Source: Azolla caroliniana (Eukaryota; Plantae; Polypodiophyta). Taken from it: DNA of 64,000 nucleotides. Within the stretch, counting starts at the first letter, position 1; every line of letters begins with the position of its first letter. The stretch spans positions 744,001-808,000 of the forward strand of contig JBHGNT010000009.1 of NCBI GenBank assembly GCA_043228905.1, written 5' to 3'. Under the pieces are notes generated by a model. The model did no database searches and was not told where the DNA came from. It saw only the letters and a program-made list of their open reading frames with translations. A program made the position numbers and the translations under genes. Below, piece by piece: positions 12,701-25,809 of the stretch.

Positions 12701-14526
12701 CTTTTATTTTATTTTTTAGGTAGATGAAAAAAGAAAACCTTCTTTTGCTACTCAACGTGTACCCTTTCTTACATTTTACATTTCATAGGTGGTTACCGTC
12801 TTTTAGAGAAGTTAAATAAGTAGTCATTGGATTTGAGTTTTCTTAGTTATTTGCATTTGGGCTTGTTAACGATGAGGAGGGAGAACCTGCTTATTGATAT
12901 ATATATATCATGTTTTTTAATGACAATTTATCATGATATTTCATATGTAGTCCAATTTGACATGAAACATAGTTAAACTTAGTAAAACATATGACGCATC
13001 CCAAAGGTATAAACAACACTTGTAAATTGTACATTCTGCAATTTGATGAATAAAAGATGCATTATGGGTCCAGGTGTGGAGTTTATGTAGCTCTTCATAG
13101 TTCCTGAATCTCACTATCATGTATTATGATGTGCATGTTCCAATATGTTATCATCTCATTACATCTCTTATTAAATTCTTGTAATGCTACATTAGAGTCT
13201 CAATAATTTGTGTACTATGACATGCATATTAATATGTTATCATCTCATTACATCTCTTATTTGGATCCTTGTAATGAAACAAGAAGTTATATTACAACAA
13301 GGGTTCACAACATCTAACTGTGTAGCCCTTTTATTATGCTCAGAAATATCGGTCACAGCAAAAACATCATTTTGGAAAAGAAATGGAAGCAAATAATTGG
13401 CGCCAAAGTAAGATTACCTGTGGGAAACCATGGAATAAGGCAGGCCAAAACAAAATGTGGATCTGTCCACAGCTGCCAATGATTTACCCTTGCCCACCTC
13501 TACATGTATGGGGTCATCCAGCAGTGGATAACTCTACCATTCATGTCATGCCACACCACAACCACTTAATGGTAATTCACCATTCTTTTAAAAATGTTTT
13601 TTTTGTAAAATTAGTCCATCAAAATATTTCAAGATTTTTCCACATTTTTATCTAATATGATATGTTGGTGTTTGCTAGGTACCAGGAATATCTTATGGAC
13701 CACATATGGTATGCATATCACTATACAGTTAAATTGTTTCAGATTAAGTTTAATGTTTTATACTTCTTCTATTATGGAACACGTGGTATGCATGTCTCGA
13801 CAATCGGAGTAAGGTTTTTTGTTTTATTTCTTGCTATTATGAATCACATATGATATGGATGTCATCCCATGATTTTGGATTTAAGGTTTTCCGTTTTGTT
13901 TATTTCAATGATAGATTACATATAGTATGCATGTCACTCCACAATGAAATTTAAATTGTTTCAGCTTAGATGTTATGCTTTATTTATTAATTTCTAGTAT
14001 TCTTTCGTTTTTTGTAGTTTTTTGGAGCCCCCCGAGGGTATGATCAAGGAGGTCTAACATTTTCCACCTTGGACAACATTGACACCTTGGATGTGCCAAA
14101 TCGATATAGAAATTCCACATTTCTAGATATCCACCCAGTAATAGTTATATCTAGAGAAACACAATAAAATCCCTAACTCGTTGGGTATTGATCAGAATGC
14201 CAATATCTCGTTGTAGTACAAATTTATTACTATATAGGGGTATTCTGGTAAATACCCAAAAAGCTAGGGATATTTGTTGTATCTGTTTGCAAGCATTTCA
14301 ACGTTTGTGATTGCATATGCCGTCTTTGTATTACATTGGTTATGTTTATGACAATATTTGTGGTGAATAACAGCCTAAGGAGCTATTAGATGCAGCAATC
14401 AATGAAGCATTGAATGATCCGTGGGCACCATTACCCCTAGGTTTGAAACCGCCTTCGATGGAAAGTGTCATGGCTGAGCTTCAACAACAAGGGATAGATA
14501 CTTTGACCTTGGATATGCAAGAATGA
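6710..14526 (+). CDS. APRR2: APRR2-like pseudo-response regulator (receiver + GLK-type GCT box); GARP/Myb exon disrupted
   Basis: Phase-consistent exons 6710-6839 ([24 protein letters not shown]), 10092-10171 (..TFHVALVE, Glu at the phospho-acceptor position), 10262-10328, 10417-10463, 10658-10735 ([26 protein letters not shown]), 10814-11572, [11643-11774 broken Myb], 13344-13571 (KYRS...PPLHVWGHP), 13679-13708, 14018-14137 (..DIHP) and 14374-14526 ([41 protein letters not shown], the GCT box). 563 aa if the Myb exon is skipped. Confidence 0.9.
8150..8800 (+). mobile_element. Decayed LINE (ORF1 end and AP-endonuclease start) in intron 1
   Basis: [13 protein letters not shown] (ORF1-like) near 8195, then [10 protein letters not shown]...DI.ETH (ORF 8333-8521), the APE N-terminal WN..G / ET motifs. 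Confidence 0.55.
11643..11774 (+). pseudogene. Frameshifted GARP/Myb (SHLQKY-class) exon of the APRR2-like gene
   Basis: Pieces in different frames: V..., then [24 protein letters not shown], then [14 protein letters not shown]. The exon is 132 nt against 141 for the canonical one, and the spliced frame hits TGA at 11697-11699. Confidence 0.85.
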
Positions 14527-14957
14527 ATATGAATCCAGCAGTAATTTGTACATTTCTACCTTGTCGAAAATCTTTCACAAATAGTAGACTACACTTTATG
14601 TGTCTTTATCCTAAAGCTTTTGGGGTGGAGGATGCTTGTTGTACACCCATATAAGAAACCATGTTGCAAAGAAAAGCTTACATGGCTTCATTGAATACTC
14701 TCTAGTGTTAGAATAAGATGATTTATGCATCGGTATGGGCATAACTTCAACTTTTTGACTGCACGTTTTATAATTGTTGAATAAAAAATGGGCACATGGC
14801 ACTTTTGCAAAAGTGCTAATTCTCATACTGAACCAAATAATGGCGTATACTGAGGCATTTTTATTCATGAGAACAAATTTTATTGAGTTTCCATTTACTT
14901 TGTGAAGGATTTTTGTATTTGTAAGGAAAGAGAACTCTAATGGGAATGATAGACCAT

Positions 14958-15158
14958 CCCATTTGTAACAGTGTAGCTTATAATCTTGTAAGCTTATATT
15001 GTATTGAATTACTAGTTTCCATTGCTTGCTAACTTTTTATTGGTGTGGGGTTTTTAGCCCATTTGTAACAGTGTAGCTTATAATCTTGTAAGCTTATATT
15101 GTATTGAATTACTAGTATGTTCCATTGCTTCCTAACTTTAATTGGTCTGGGGGTTTTG
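14958..15158. repeat. ~100-bp tandem duplication
   Basis: cccatttgtaacagtgtagcttataatc... starts at both 14958 and 15058. Confidence 0.9.
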
Positions 15159-15824
15159 GCAATAAAAATTCCTTATTTTCTAATTTGAAGCATTTTTTGG
15201 ATTCCACAATGGAAAATAGTGAGACAAAGTTTGGAGTAAATCATGCCCCTGTTATGATGACAATTCTTTTTGAGGGAGTCACACATTTGCATTTATATTC
15301 TTGATATTGTTATAAAATTGCATGAGTCACACACACTTGCTTAACATAAATGCCAAATTCAAACAAAATTGAGGTATGGAAATTCAAGTAACATACAATA
15401 TGTTGGTGTGTATTTAGTGATAACACACAGAATGTGGATCATTGTGAAGATACTTCCCCTAGTGTTACATGATATTTCTTTGTGATACTCCACATGTTAC
15501 CATGGAGCTACAAGATTAATGGAGGTATGCTCACATCTCTATGTCTTGGTTGTACAATGACCTCGGTATTATTTGCAAACCCTCTATATTAAGTATATTT
15601 TTCTTGTAGCTTCTAAGCATCCAAATATTCTATCTAGCTTTTAGGTAGCCCCTTTCTACCATGCCCTTTTATATGCAACACAAATGTGTATATAAGAGGA
15701 ACAATCGATAGGATAACATATTTTATGGTGGCATTTCATGTTTCATATAGTAATGATCTAATAGTTCCAATGTTGCATTGATTTTCTTTGTTGATGGTTG
15801 TTATTTTCCATGACAAGGGGTTAC

Positions 15825-16064
15825 TGCTACAACTCATATGACTATTGTGCTTTGGTCAAGACAAGAAAAACCATAGTGTAATTGTGAGTCAATGAATAGT
15901 AAGAAATAATTTGGACCAAATTTTATGATACTCCTGATAACATGTGCTACAAGTCATATGACTATTGTGCTTTGGTCAAGACAAGAAAAACCATAGTGTA
16001 ATTGTGAGTCAATGAATAGTAAGAAATAATTTGGACCAAATTTTATGATACTCTTGATAACATG
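15825..16064. repeat. 120-bp tandem duplication
   Basis: tgctacaa.tcatatgactattgtgc... starts at both 15825 and 15945. Confidence 0.9.
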
Positions 16065-16333
16065 TGATGCGTGAACCTAATAATATCTATTTTATTATTC
16101 ACTAATAATTTCTATTTTATTATATTGAACATATCGAATTGTGCTCTCTTTTCTTCCATCTCTCTTAAAACTTGAGCTAAATGTGTCTTAAACAAAAATT
16201 ACTAGCCTTTCAAATGTCATTGCGATACAGAGTGTGAGGTTATCATTGAGTGATGATATCCATCTCAAAATTAAGTGGGCCCAAACCTCAAAATATGTCC
16301 ATGTGAAGTTTTATTACACAAGTATTGACCAAT

Positions 16334-18260
16334 TTACAAAGAGGTAGGTATGCTTTGAGGCTCGTTGAAAATGTTAGTGGGGTCGATCCTTCTTTTAATT
16401 TGCACTAATTTGGCAAAGTTAGGGCCAAAGTAGTGTTTCCCGGCAACGACACCATTGCCCAACTGAAGGTCTATGTAGTTGACATAAGCAGCCCTAGAAG
16501 GGTAGTATGAAACATAGGGTGCCATGTAACTATACAACCCGTTGAGCCATGCTATCAATGCTTGGTCAGGAGAACCATCTTCACTTGGCCACACAGCTTG
16601 ATATTGTATCACAAAAAGGTTTCGTCCCCTATGTGGAAAAGCTATGGCACTCGAGCTTATCTTATTCATCACTCCCCCGTATGGCTCAAGTATCACCCAT
16701 CCTCGTGTGTTCTTTTGTAGTATGTCGAGTGCGCCTCCAATCGCTTGCTTCGTTAGGGGCTTCTCCACATAGTCTGATGTAGCTTTGAAGTAGCTCAGGC
16801 TCGCTTGTCGCTTGATCAAGAGTGAAGTAGTAGGGCCAGACAATCCCGCAATGCTCATCACGGCCTACAAAATATATACAACAATCATGAGTCACGACAT
16901 CATAGAGTATTAGTAATTATCACACATACATATATCGTTTGGATTGAAGTCTATATGAGGAAACAAATAAACAAACCTTATTAAAGTTATCTAGTTCAAG
17001 ACATATTAAAGTTATGAATGTTAGTGAAGTGAAAGCAAGGCATTTTACTATTCCTGTTATGTATTTCAAACATCTGAGATCTCTATGTGTGTGTGTGTGT
17101 TTATTTGCATTGAAAAGAATGCAACCATTCTATTCCCTGTACATGTGAGTGTGTCTCAGGATTTAGGGTTTGTTTACCTGTGCCCAATTACCCTGCGCGC
17201 ATTCTGCAGCCGTCACTCCAAGCTCAGGGAAAAGAGACTTCATCAAAGCCACGGTTTGATCGATGGTACCCCAGTACTGGCCATAGAAAGAGGAACCGAT
17301 GTCTGCACGCCCTGAGGAATCACTTATAGCGGCCATGTACACAGCGATGAAAAGCTCGGGTGGGGCCAGCGATGGAGCCACGGTCTGCCACTTATACACA
17401 AGGTCGGTGACGGAACTCTTTCCGGTCCTCCAGGCATGGAAGGTAGTGAGGACCAAGGGAACAGGGAGGAGCTTCAGTTTCCAAGACACTACAATGCCCC
17501 AACTCCCTCCCCCGCCGCCTCGAATGGCCCAGAACAGATCCTTGTCCTGAGATGCCACACTCCTGATGAAAGTTCCGTTGGGGGTGATGATCTTGGCATC
17601 TAGGATGTTGTCCGCCGCGACCCCGTACTTGCGGGAGAGCATTCCATATCCACCCCCCATGATGTGCCCTCCCACACCGATTGTGGCGCAGGTCCCCGCC
17701 GAGAAGCCATAGCCACTGCCAAGTTTAGGGGAGCTAGAGATGGCATAGTAGAGCTCCCCTAGCCTTACCCCTGCCTCCACCCAAGCTGATTTGCGGGCCA
17801 CATCAATGGAGATGGTGTTGAGGTTCATCAGGTCAATGATTGCAAACTTGCTTGTGTTATTATTACCAAGTATTGTAGAGGAGATGCCCTCATAGCTATG
17901 GCCTCCACTACGGACCCTGAAGGCTAGATTAGAGGCTCTTATGCAAGAATAAGAGGATCTTAGCTCCTTTTGCGTCTTGGGTAGTATGATGGCCGAAGGC
18001 TTGGGGACACCCGGCTCCGTGAACCGAAGGTTTTGGATGGAGAATTGGAGGAGGGTGATGAAGGAGCCTGCATCAGATGGTGTGGTGAAGTTTGTTATGC
18101 CTTTTTTAGTCAAGCAAGAAGCCAAGCTTATGGGCTGGGAGGAGGCCACTAGTATGAGTCCGATCCCATTGTTGTAATTGCTAGATGACAAGGAGATAAC
18201 TACTACTTGTAGAAGAAGAAGTACTAAGATTATGTGATGAGGTCTATTTTGGTGATCCAT
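16334..18260 (-). CDS. Berberine bridge enzyme-like FAD-dependent oxidase (secreted), 2 exons, ~537 aa
   Basis: Exon 1 18260-17178, GT-AG intron 17177-16865, exon 2 16864-16334. Signal peptide, QNLRF, RVRSGGHSYEG (FAD His), GTCATIGVGGH (FAD Cys), DLFWAIRGGGGGSWG, AYVNYIDL and YFGPNF..LV.IK..IDP.N.F...QSIP. Confidence 0.95.
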
Positions 18261-18330
18261 TTTGGTGTAATCAATCACAAGAAGATCTATATTGAACCAC
18301 ACCACACCTCACCTCCCAAGTGTGGTCTTG

Positions 18331-18337
18331 TAGATAG

Positions 18338-18392
<55 letters not shown>
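18331..18392. repeat. (GATA)n(GA)n microsatellite just upstream of the BBE-like gene
   Basis: Read directly from the sequence. Confidence 0.95.
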
Positions 18393-18395
<3 letters not shown>

Positions 18396-18779
18396 AAGGA
18401 GATCAAGAGAATGTAGATCTCAATGGATCATTTTATACCGCGCTCCAATATGATTTTCTCATGTAACAAATTGGGTTTTAACTTTTATACATTTTTCCAC
18501 AATTTTCAACTTTGTAAGTCGCCATTTCTTACTTCTGGGTCTTCTAATTTATTGCACATTGCCATACACTCTCACGTGGCATCACCTTCTTTGAAATACA
18601 AATCTAAGGGCGATTTCATATGCATATGCTTAGACAAATGTTTGAAAAAATGTATTGCACGATGAGAAATTAAATATCTAGATAGACTTGGTAAAAAAAG
18701 TCTAAATCTCCACAGCGATAAAAAAAACTAGCCACTAAGCCCATATGTAGATAGACTTAGTCAACATTAGCGTGCTCGG

Positions 18780-18888
18780 CTCAAAATCAGTAAGTTCTAG
18801 ATATACCTGGTAAAAAACTTGCCCTCTTAAGCTCAAATCAGTAAGTTCTAGATATACCTGGTAAAAAACTTGCCCTCTTAAGCTCAAA
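18780..18888. repeat. ~51-bp tandem duplication
   Basis: atcagtaagttctagatatacctggtaaaaaacttgccctcttaagctcaa occurs twice. Confidence 0.85.
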
Positions 18889-19902
18889 TTTGAAAGGAAA
18901 AATGAATGTATAGATATTGCCGATCATAATTGAGATAACCATCTTAATACTTTAGTTTGATCTATTAATGCAGGAGTAAGTGATATATGGTGGTTGGTAA
19001 GTTGATTGTGATTGAGATAGAGAGAGCTTGCAAAGTTGCATCACCTAGAAATCAAGCATCTTTTCTAAGAAACATGATTGTGACCGAGATAGAGAAAGCT
19101 TGGGTCCTACATTCTCCTAGAAATCATGCATCTTTTCTAGGAAACGTGGTTTATTATGGGCAAGTTGATTGCAATCGAGATAGATAGAACATACAACCAA
19201 GAGAAACAGGGTGTTTCAAACAAGATAGATAGAACAGGTTGTCTTGAACATAGGTGACATGGCTGTATATTTCTATAGTTCCTCGGGCCTTTGAATCTCA
19301 CTTTTTCAATATTTTCCGCATGCTATTTTGCTTCTTTTCTTTGTGGACTAGGAAATGCTCACAAACATTTATGGTCATTGTTGTTTTGCATCTAGTTCAC
19401 AAGGTTCTCTGCTAAGTTCTTTGTTGTTTGCTTTGATAGGTAGTGCATCAAATTTGGGGGAGGGAGAGGAGTGTCATGCAATATGCAACTCTATCAACAT
19501 ATTGAATAAAAATAAGCTATTGCATAAAATGAGTTTTTTAACTAGACCTAGAATGCACATGTTGAGGACATAGGTCTAGAGTGCACCAATGGGCTTGATG
19601 ACATGTCCAAGCTAGTCTCACTAGAATCGACAAGTTAAAGTGAAATTTGCCTCTCCTTGCATTACTTCGCATCAAACCTACTTGAAAATTTTTAGTAAAG
19701 TCTATCAAATCTGGTATGAAGTTGTACGTAATTATTTGAAGTTAGCAAAACCAAGCATACATTTCCTTTTCACTTTTAAGTAACAATCTTGATGAAATAA
19801 CTAGCAAGAAGATGCCAATAATCATCATGGAGAGATAGGTTTACAATGTTTGTATATATGGATAAATATAGAGCCCACACCAAGGGCTTAGAATACAATT
19901 TA

Positions 19903-20215
19903 GGGAAAAGTACCAGTATACCCCTGTAAGTTCGTCTATTTACTAGAATGCCCCTGGAAGTTCCAAATTTACCAAACTACCCCTATGTCCAAAAAATTAC
20001 ACTTTATAAAGTAATTATACACTCAAATCTTTGGTAAATAGGGCTAGTTCGTGTCCATTTCTTCCATCTTTAGTAAATAGGGCTTGTAGATTTGAGTGTA
20101 TAATTACTTTATAAAGTGTAATTTTTTGGACATAGGGGTAGTTTGGTAAATTTGGAACTTCTAGGGGCATTCTGGTAAATAGACGAACTTCCAGGGGTAT
20201 CCTGGTACTTTTCCC
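19903..20215. mobile_element. Mutator-like MITE, 313 bp
   Basis: ~127-bp terminal inverted repeats (GGGAAAAGTACCAG...CTGGTACTTTTCCC) and a 9-bp TSD, TACAATTTA (19894-19902) / TACAATTAA (20216-20224). Confidence 0.9.
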
Positions 20216-23200
20216 TACAATTAAAAATATGGACAAGTAATGGAAAACGGTTATTATGCATTACACTCTCTGATCTCCTATTGAAGATTTTAAAGGACTC
20301 ACATAAGAGGTTTCGGTGAATTGAATCCTCCAAGGTAAGACCATCATTCATTTTCATGATAAATACTCATTTGGGTCTAAACATGGTTGGCTAGTTGAAA
20401 CGAAGCTTCACATGTGTGGTCCTATTGACTAGCAAAGAGAGTCAATGTAATAAAGTATAAAGAGGTGAAGAAGGAGGTAGAAGGAATAAATTTTATTTTC
20501 GTTGTACAACCATGGAGTAGTTTACAACTCACAAAGTATCCTAAAGGCATAACAAGGAAAAATCATACTTAAAAATATATTGTGCAATGAAGTCATTGAA
20601 GAAAGCTCAAGCTTGAACCAAACCGAGCTGAACCTCCAAACCACCAAACTATTGCCGATTCCTATTAACAAGGTTGAGTTCTAATAAGAATAAACACTTT
20701 GCTTTATAGGGTTCACTATCTACATAAGTGCGTCATTGGCAATCATATGTACTTAGCAATAAACATATGGAGTCTATTCTTATGACCAATGACATTTAAG
20801 TGAGTCATGGAGTTCTTCTTAAAATAGAGAGTAGATAGTAAAATATGTTTACTAGCTTAGACTTGACAAGCATTTTGTGAAGAGTTGTCTATATGCTCTT
20901 ATTGTTTTGGTATGTGGCATTTTGAGCTTAACGTCACTTATAAATAAACAAAAAAAGACACAATGAATAGGTACAAATCCTTTTTAATTAGTGATCACAA
21001 ATGTAAAGATTAGATTCAAATGCTCATGAAAAAAGGACACTTTCTATCCGGTGAGGCTAGGCACCTTTTTTTTTTGAAAAAAATATTCTTCATTGGTAGA
21101 ATTCTGCATACATGACGAAATGATTAGGCTAAAAACATTACAATGATGAGGCTAGGCACCTTTGCTCAATGCATTTCTAGTTTCTAAAAATCTTGTGTTT
21201 CAACCAATGCATGCTTCACATACGATATGCGAGATACCTTGAGAGAGGGGAGATTATATATATTTTTATCATCCATGAGGACTCCAATGTTGACCAATAG
21301 GATTGAATAAACATATAAGTTTGTATGTGACCTTGAGAATTACCTTATATGATGAGCATGCATGAAGTAAGTGATGTTGATTCTCCACAACATTTTCAAT
21401 TGCATATCTTCATACTCGTTTGATGATGCCATGATGCTACCTCAACACTTGTATGAGCAACCCTAAAGAAGTTTAAGGGCTCTCTAAGACCAAAATGGCC
21501 ATGGGGATAATAAGATGCAATTGGATATGTTCTAACATTTTTACCTTGAATTGGGGCCAATGTTGATTGTTACAATTCACAACGTAATACTCAAATAATC
21601 ACATTTTAGCATCTTGTCACTTCGTGGTCAACGATATACTTGTATACTAGTGTTTGCATGACCAAAACATCTATAGGCTAAGCACACATTTTTAATAATT
21701 CCTAATTGAATACATAAAACAATACTTGAACTACCAAACATTGAATAACATCAATCTCATGTCCCATCCTCTGATATTACTTTGTTTACATAATTCTCAA
21801 ACCTATAATAATTAATCCAACTTGCTTCAAGTAGAAACTCATATCACACATTGCATCTACATGTCAATGGGACACTTTACCAAGATTTTTTAAGCTTTGC
21901 ACAATTGGATTATTTCTCCCTTGTATGTGAAAATGTGATAGTTTCTTGTTTGTATTGCCTTTATTGTCATCATTTTTGTTTTGTCCATATTAATAGTTAG
22001 CTTGCCGATTTGATAAAAGGTTTTTTAATACAAGAAGTAAGTGTTGCATAACATCCACATTATATGGGAATAAAACATCATGAACGTAGAGGAGTGTAAA
22101 AATAAGTTATTGCATTAGTTTTGGGCCATCTAAAGAGTCTGACTAATGCCATAAGAAAGAACAAATCAATAAATAATAGAAATCATCACATGGGAAAAGA
22201 TCAAAGCAAATGGATAAGTCAAGAATTATTACATGTCATTTAAGAGATCCGTGGAATTAGATAGAGACATATATGGAGATAAATCAAACCAATAAATTAT
22301 AGAAATCATAATATGGGAGAAGAGGAGAGCGAAAGAATAATTCAAGATATGATTGAAATCTTTACATGGATATTGCATGTATTTTGACATGAGGATAAGT
22401 ACTAAACTACCAAGTGGCAATACCTTTCGGTGTGCCCAAGATATGAAAGTAGTCTATAGTAATACACGATCACATCTTTAATGGAAGAAAATACAAAAGT
22501 TTCTTTACACGATATGGAGACATTTAGATAATATATGGTTAGGAGTACAAATGATGTCGAAAACATTGCACATGCAATTGACTCAACTTTGTATTACATT
22601 ACAATAATAATAGCTTGAATTCAAACCCCTTTGCTCAAAATTCAATATCTTGGGGCCATCCTTGAACCCCTAAACCCTAACCAATTGATATGAGTCTTTA
22701 TGAGATTTGCATTGACTAAAGGGATAACTTTATTGTAGAAAATGCCAAAGAATTTGAGTTCTCCTAAAATAGATCCAAATGATTTATGAAAGAATGCATA
22801 ACACTAATATTCATGTTGATAAAACCGTATACCAAATAAGTTACTGGTTTTGCATCATCTCATGTAGATTCCATTGATTGAAGCAACGATAATTTGGAAC
22901 AAACTAAACCTTGGGATTATTTGCACCCTATTCCAACAATTTTCACACTGCACATAGTCTTTCTTATGAGGAAATCTCATTTTTCTTTTGTGTCTGTGAT
23001 TCTATGACATTAAGTTCAATCACATAAAAAAAGGCATTTGAGACAAGGAAATGTATTAAAGAAATAAAAAGGCGTTTAAGGGCTTAGAGATATCGAAAGT
23101 GTTTTGGAGAGAATTGGTTGGGCATAAAAGATAATTTGAATGAGTAGTTGTGATGGCATGGAGGGTTCGATGATAGAAATTAAATGAAAACGGTAAGGTG

Positions 23201-23599
23201 GGGACCTAGTGTTATGTATATGATCAAAATAGATCATGAGATAGGTTTCCATAGTTTTCTTTAATCTTGTGCTAAGTGAAAATAACTTTGGGACTTCGAT
23301 ATATATATTATATATATATATACACACACACACATATATTTCCATGCGATTTCCTGATTTATATACTTGATGTTGAGGTGATATAAGATAGAGCACCACA
23401 CAAACATACACACCCTCATTTCCAACAAATTTGTCTATTGGCATGGCCAAATAGGTTATCTAGCTCATATATTTTGCAAAAAAAGTGAAGATTACAATTT
23501 AGGGCAACATTGTTTCGCATTTACTCGGTCACCTTAAGGGCCTTGTGGTAGCTTTCATGAACATCCAAAATAGAGATAACGAAAAGACATGTTCTATCA

Positions 23600-24700
23600 C
23601 CCCATGGTTTTTAAAACACCTTACACATTCACTTGTGGAAATGTTGGTGCTACAAACAAGGGCCATCAGCTCCATGCTGATATTGAAAGATGGGGATTTT
23701 TAGACACAGATCTTTATGTTTGGATTGTCTTGGTGATTATGTAAAACAAATGTGGCTTTCTCACAGAGGCACTCAATGTGTCCAATAGACTTCCATTACC
23801 GAATATGGTCTCTTAGACATCACTGATTATTTCAGGGTATGCAGACCTTGAACATTTTGATGAAGCTCTTCTTTATTTCAAGGAGATGAAACTTGCAGCT
23901 CAAGAAGTCTTTAATGCACCTCTGATCTGAGGTGTTATTCTAAGGAATATATTAATCAGAAAGTATGCTTACATGTGACTGTGGGAAGGTGCTTGATTGT
24001 TTCAATCGGATGGAACACGAAGGTTTACATTTTTGTCCACAGCTCAAAAGCTTGTGGAAGCATTCATTGTAAAGAAAGCAAAAGATGTATTTGAACGACT
24101 TCCAGTTCGCAATGTTGTTTCCTGTAATGCCTTCATCACCGGATGTGCTCAACATGGGTTAGGAGATGAAGCATTGAAATGCTTCAGGCAAAAAAATACA
24201 AGATGCAGGAATTTGTCCAAATGTGATGAGAATCCTTGTTTCTAATTTGAAGGCTTGTGGAATTATGGGATGGTGAGAGATTGGAGAAGAAATAGAATAT
24301 GATGCTAGGGTTTAGGGTTTAGAAAGGCATCATAATTCTGGAAATTGCATTTATGGACATGTATTCCAAAAAGTGTGATGCATGGGGGAGAAAGGGCAAA
24401 AGAGTAATTGGAGCAAATTCCAGTCTGGAATATAACATAGTATCTTGGAATGTCCTAATCAAGGGATAGATATACATATCCTTGATTGCTAGCATCCCTT
24501 CATAATATCCATGTCCTAATCAAGGGATAGAATATGGGCTTGGTAGTGAAGCCTTGAAATGCTTTAGAATAATGCAAGATGAAGTCCAACTAGTTGTGAG
24601 TTTCATAACACTCGGGGGAAGATATAGATAGATGTCGAGGTCAGGACGCAAGATTTGTTGCAACCAAAATGTTGAGCTTGACAATGCATTGGTGGAAAAT
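23600..24700 (+). pseudogene. PLS-class PPR gene relic
   Basis: KAKDVFERLPVRNVVSCNAFITGCAQHGLGDEALKCFRQ (ORF 23997-24245), plus other fragments (KCGFL.EA, VSWNVLIKG, GLGSEALKCFRIMQDE) broken by stops and frameshifts. Confidence 0.8.
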
Positions 24701-25809
24701 ATATGCAATCGGTGGGTTTCTGTTGGGTACATATTGAAGGATGTACTGGTTTTGGTGGGGGTGGGTGTCGTGATGGTGCAAGACACCCCAACAATATGTC
24801 GTCATTTACGCAATTTTACAGGTGGTGAGGAAGGGGAGAAAAGTAGATAAAAAGAAGGGTTAGTTCAAGGGGCTAGCAGAACTTAGTGATAGGATAAGAA
24901 AATTGGATAAAAAGAAAGTGGTGCCTAAGAGATAAAAGTATAAAGCATTGGGAAAATATGGGGCAAATTTGAGTCCTAGTGGAGCCTAAATGTAGAAGGG
25001 ACATCCTTTTTTGGTGGTGAATTACATTAAAAAGAGGGCGCCTAGGGTTTTCTCTTGTGGTTTCTCCCTCCATTATAAAAGGAAAACTGAGCGAGAAGGG
25101 GTTGGTGAGATTATCATGTTTTGGGTTTCTAGGTTTTGGGAGGAGAAGTCAAGAGTTTGGGCGTTTTTGGTTGTGGTTTATCTTCTTCTTCTACATCTTC
25201 TTCATGGATTAGGGCTTGAGGGTTTGTGTATGAGGGTTTATTGACTTTGATCTACTACTCCAACATTTCCATTTGAAGGGTTTACAACGGTTTATGGAAT
25301 TTTATTGGAGAGAATCTAAGTTAGTTTACATACAATTTATATTCTCAATTTGTTCCAATGATTTTGGTATTTATGTCTTTGGTGGGTTTCATCGTCCTCT
25401 TAAAGACCTCTCGAAAAAAAGTGAATTGCTACCACACCAGTTGTTGTGGATACTACATGTTAAATTGCACTCTGTGTGTGTTGATGGATACATACATATT
25501 GTATGGGCAATGTATTTAAATAGCCATAAGGGTCAAGTTAACCCGAAAATGTATCTTTGATACATACGGTAAACCATGAAGCATGAATCATCATGGTTTT
25601 GGTACATCTGTCCATACCAATTAAACCACCACCATGGCACAAACAAAGAGAGTATGGGTAGCCCTTCATCCATAATTGTGTGTTTAACCCATAGTTTTGA
25701 GGGATGGATTGAAGGTCTTTTTATTGATTTTGCTTCTGAGTGAATGGACCATTTGAAATTTCTTACAAATATGTATTTGGAGCAATTAGAGATTTCCTCC
25801 CCCCCTTAG

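Noticed and set aside
20600-23000. Possible very old Copia debris
   Set aside because: Only faint motif traces; boundaries and strand cannot be supported by eye.
24305-24322. Interstitial telomere repeat (GGGTTTA), also near 61017
   Set aside because: Only about two units, which is common by chance or as telo-box-like words.
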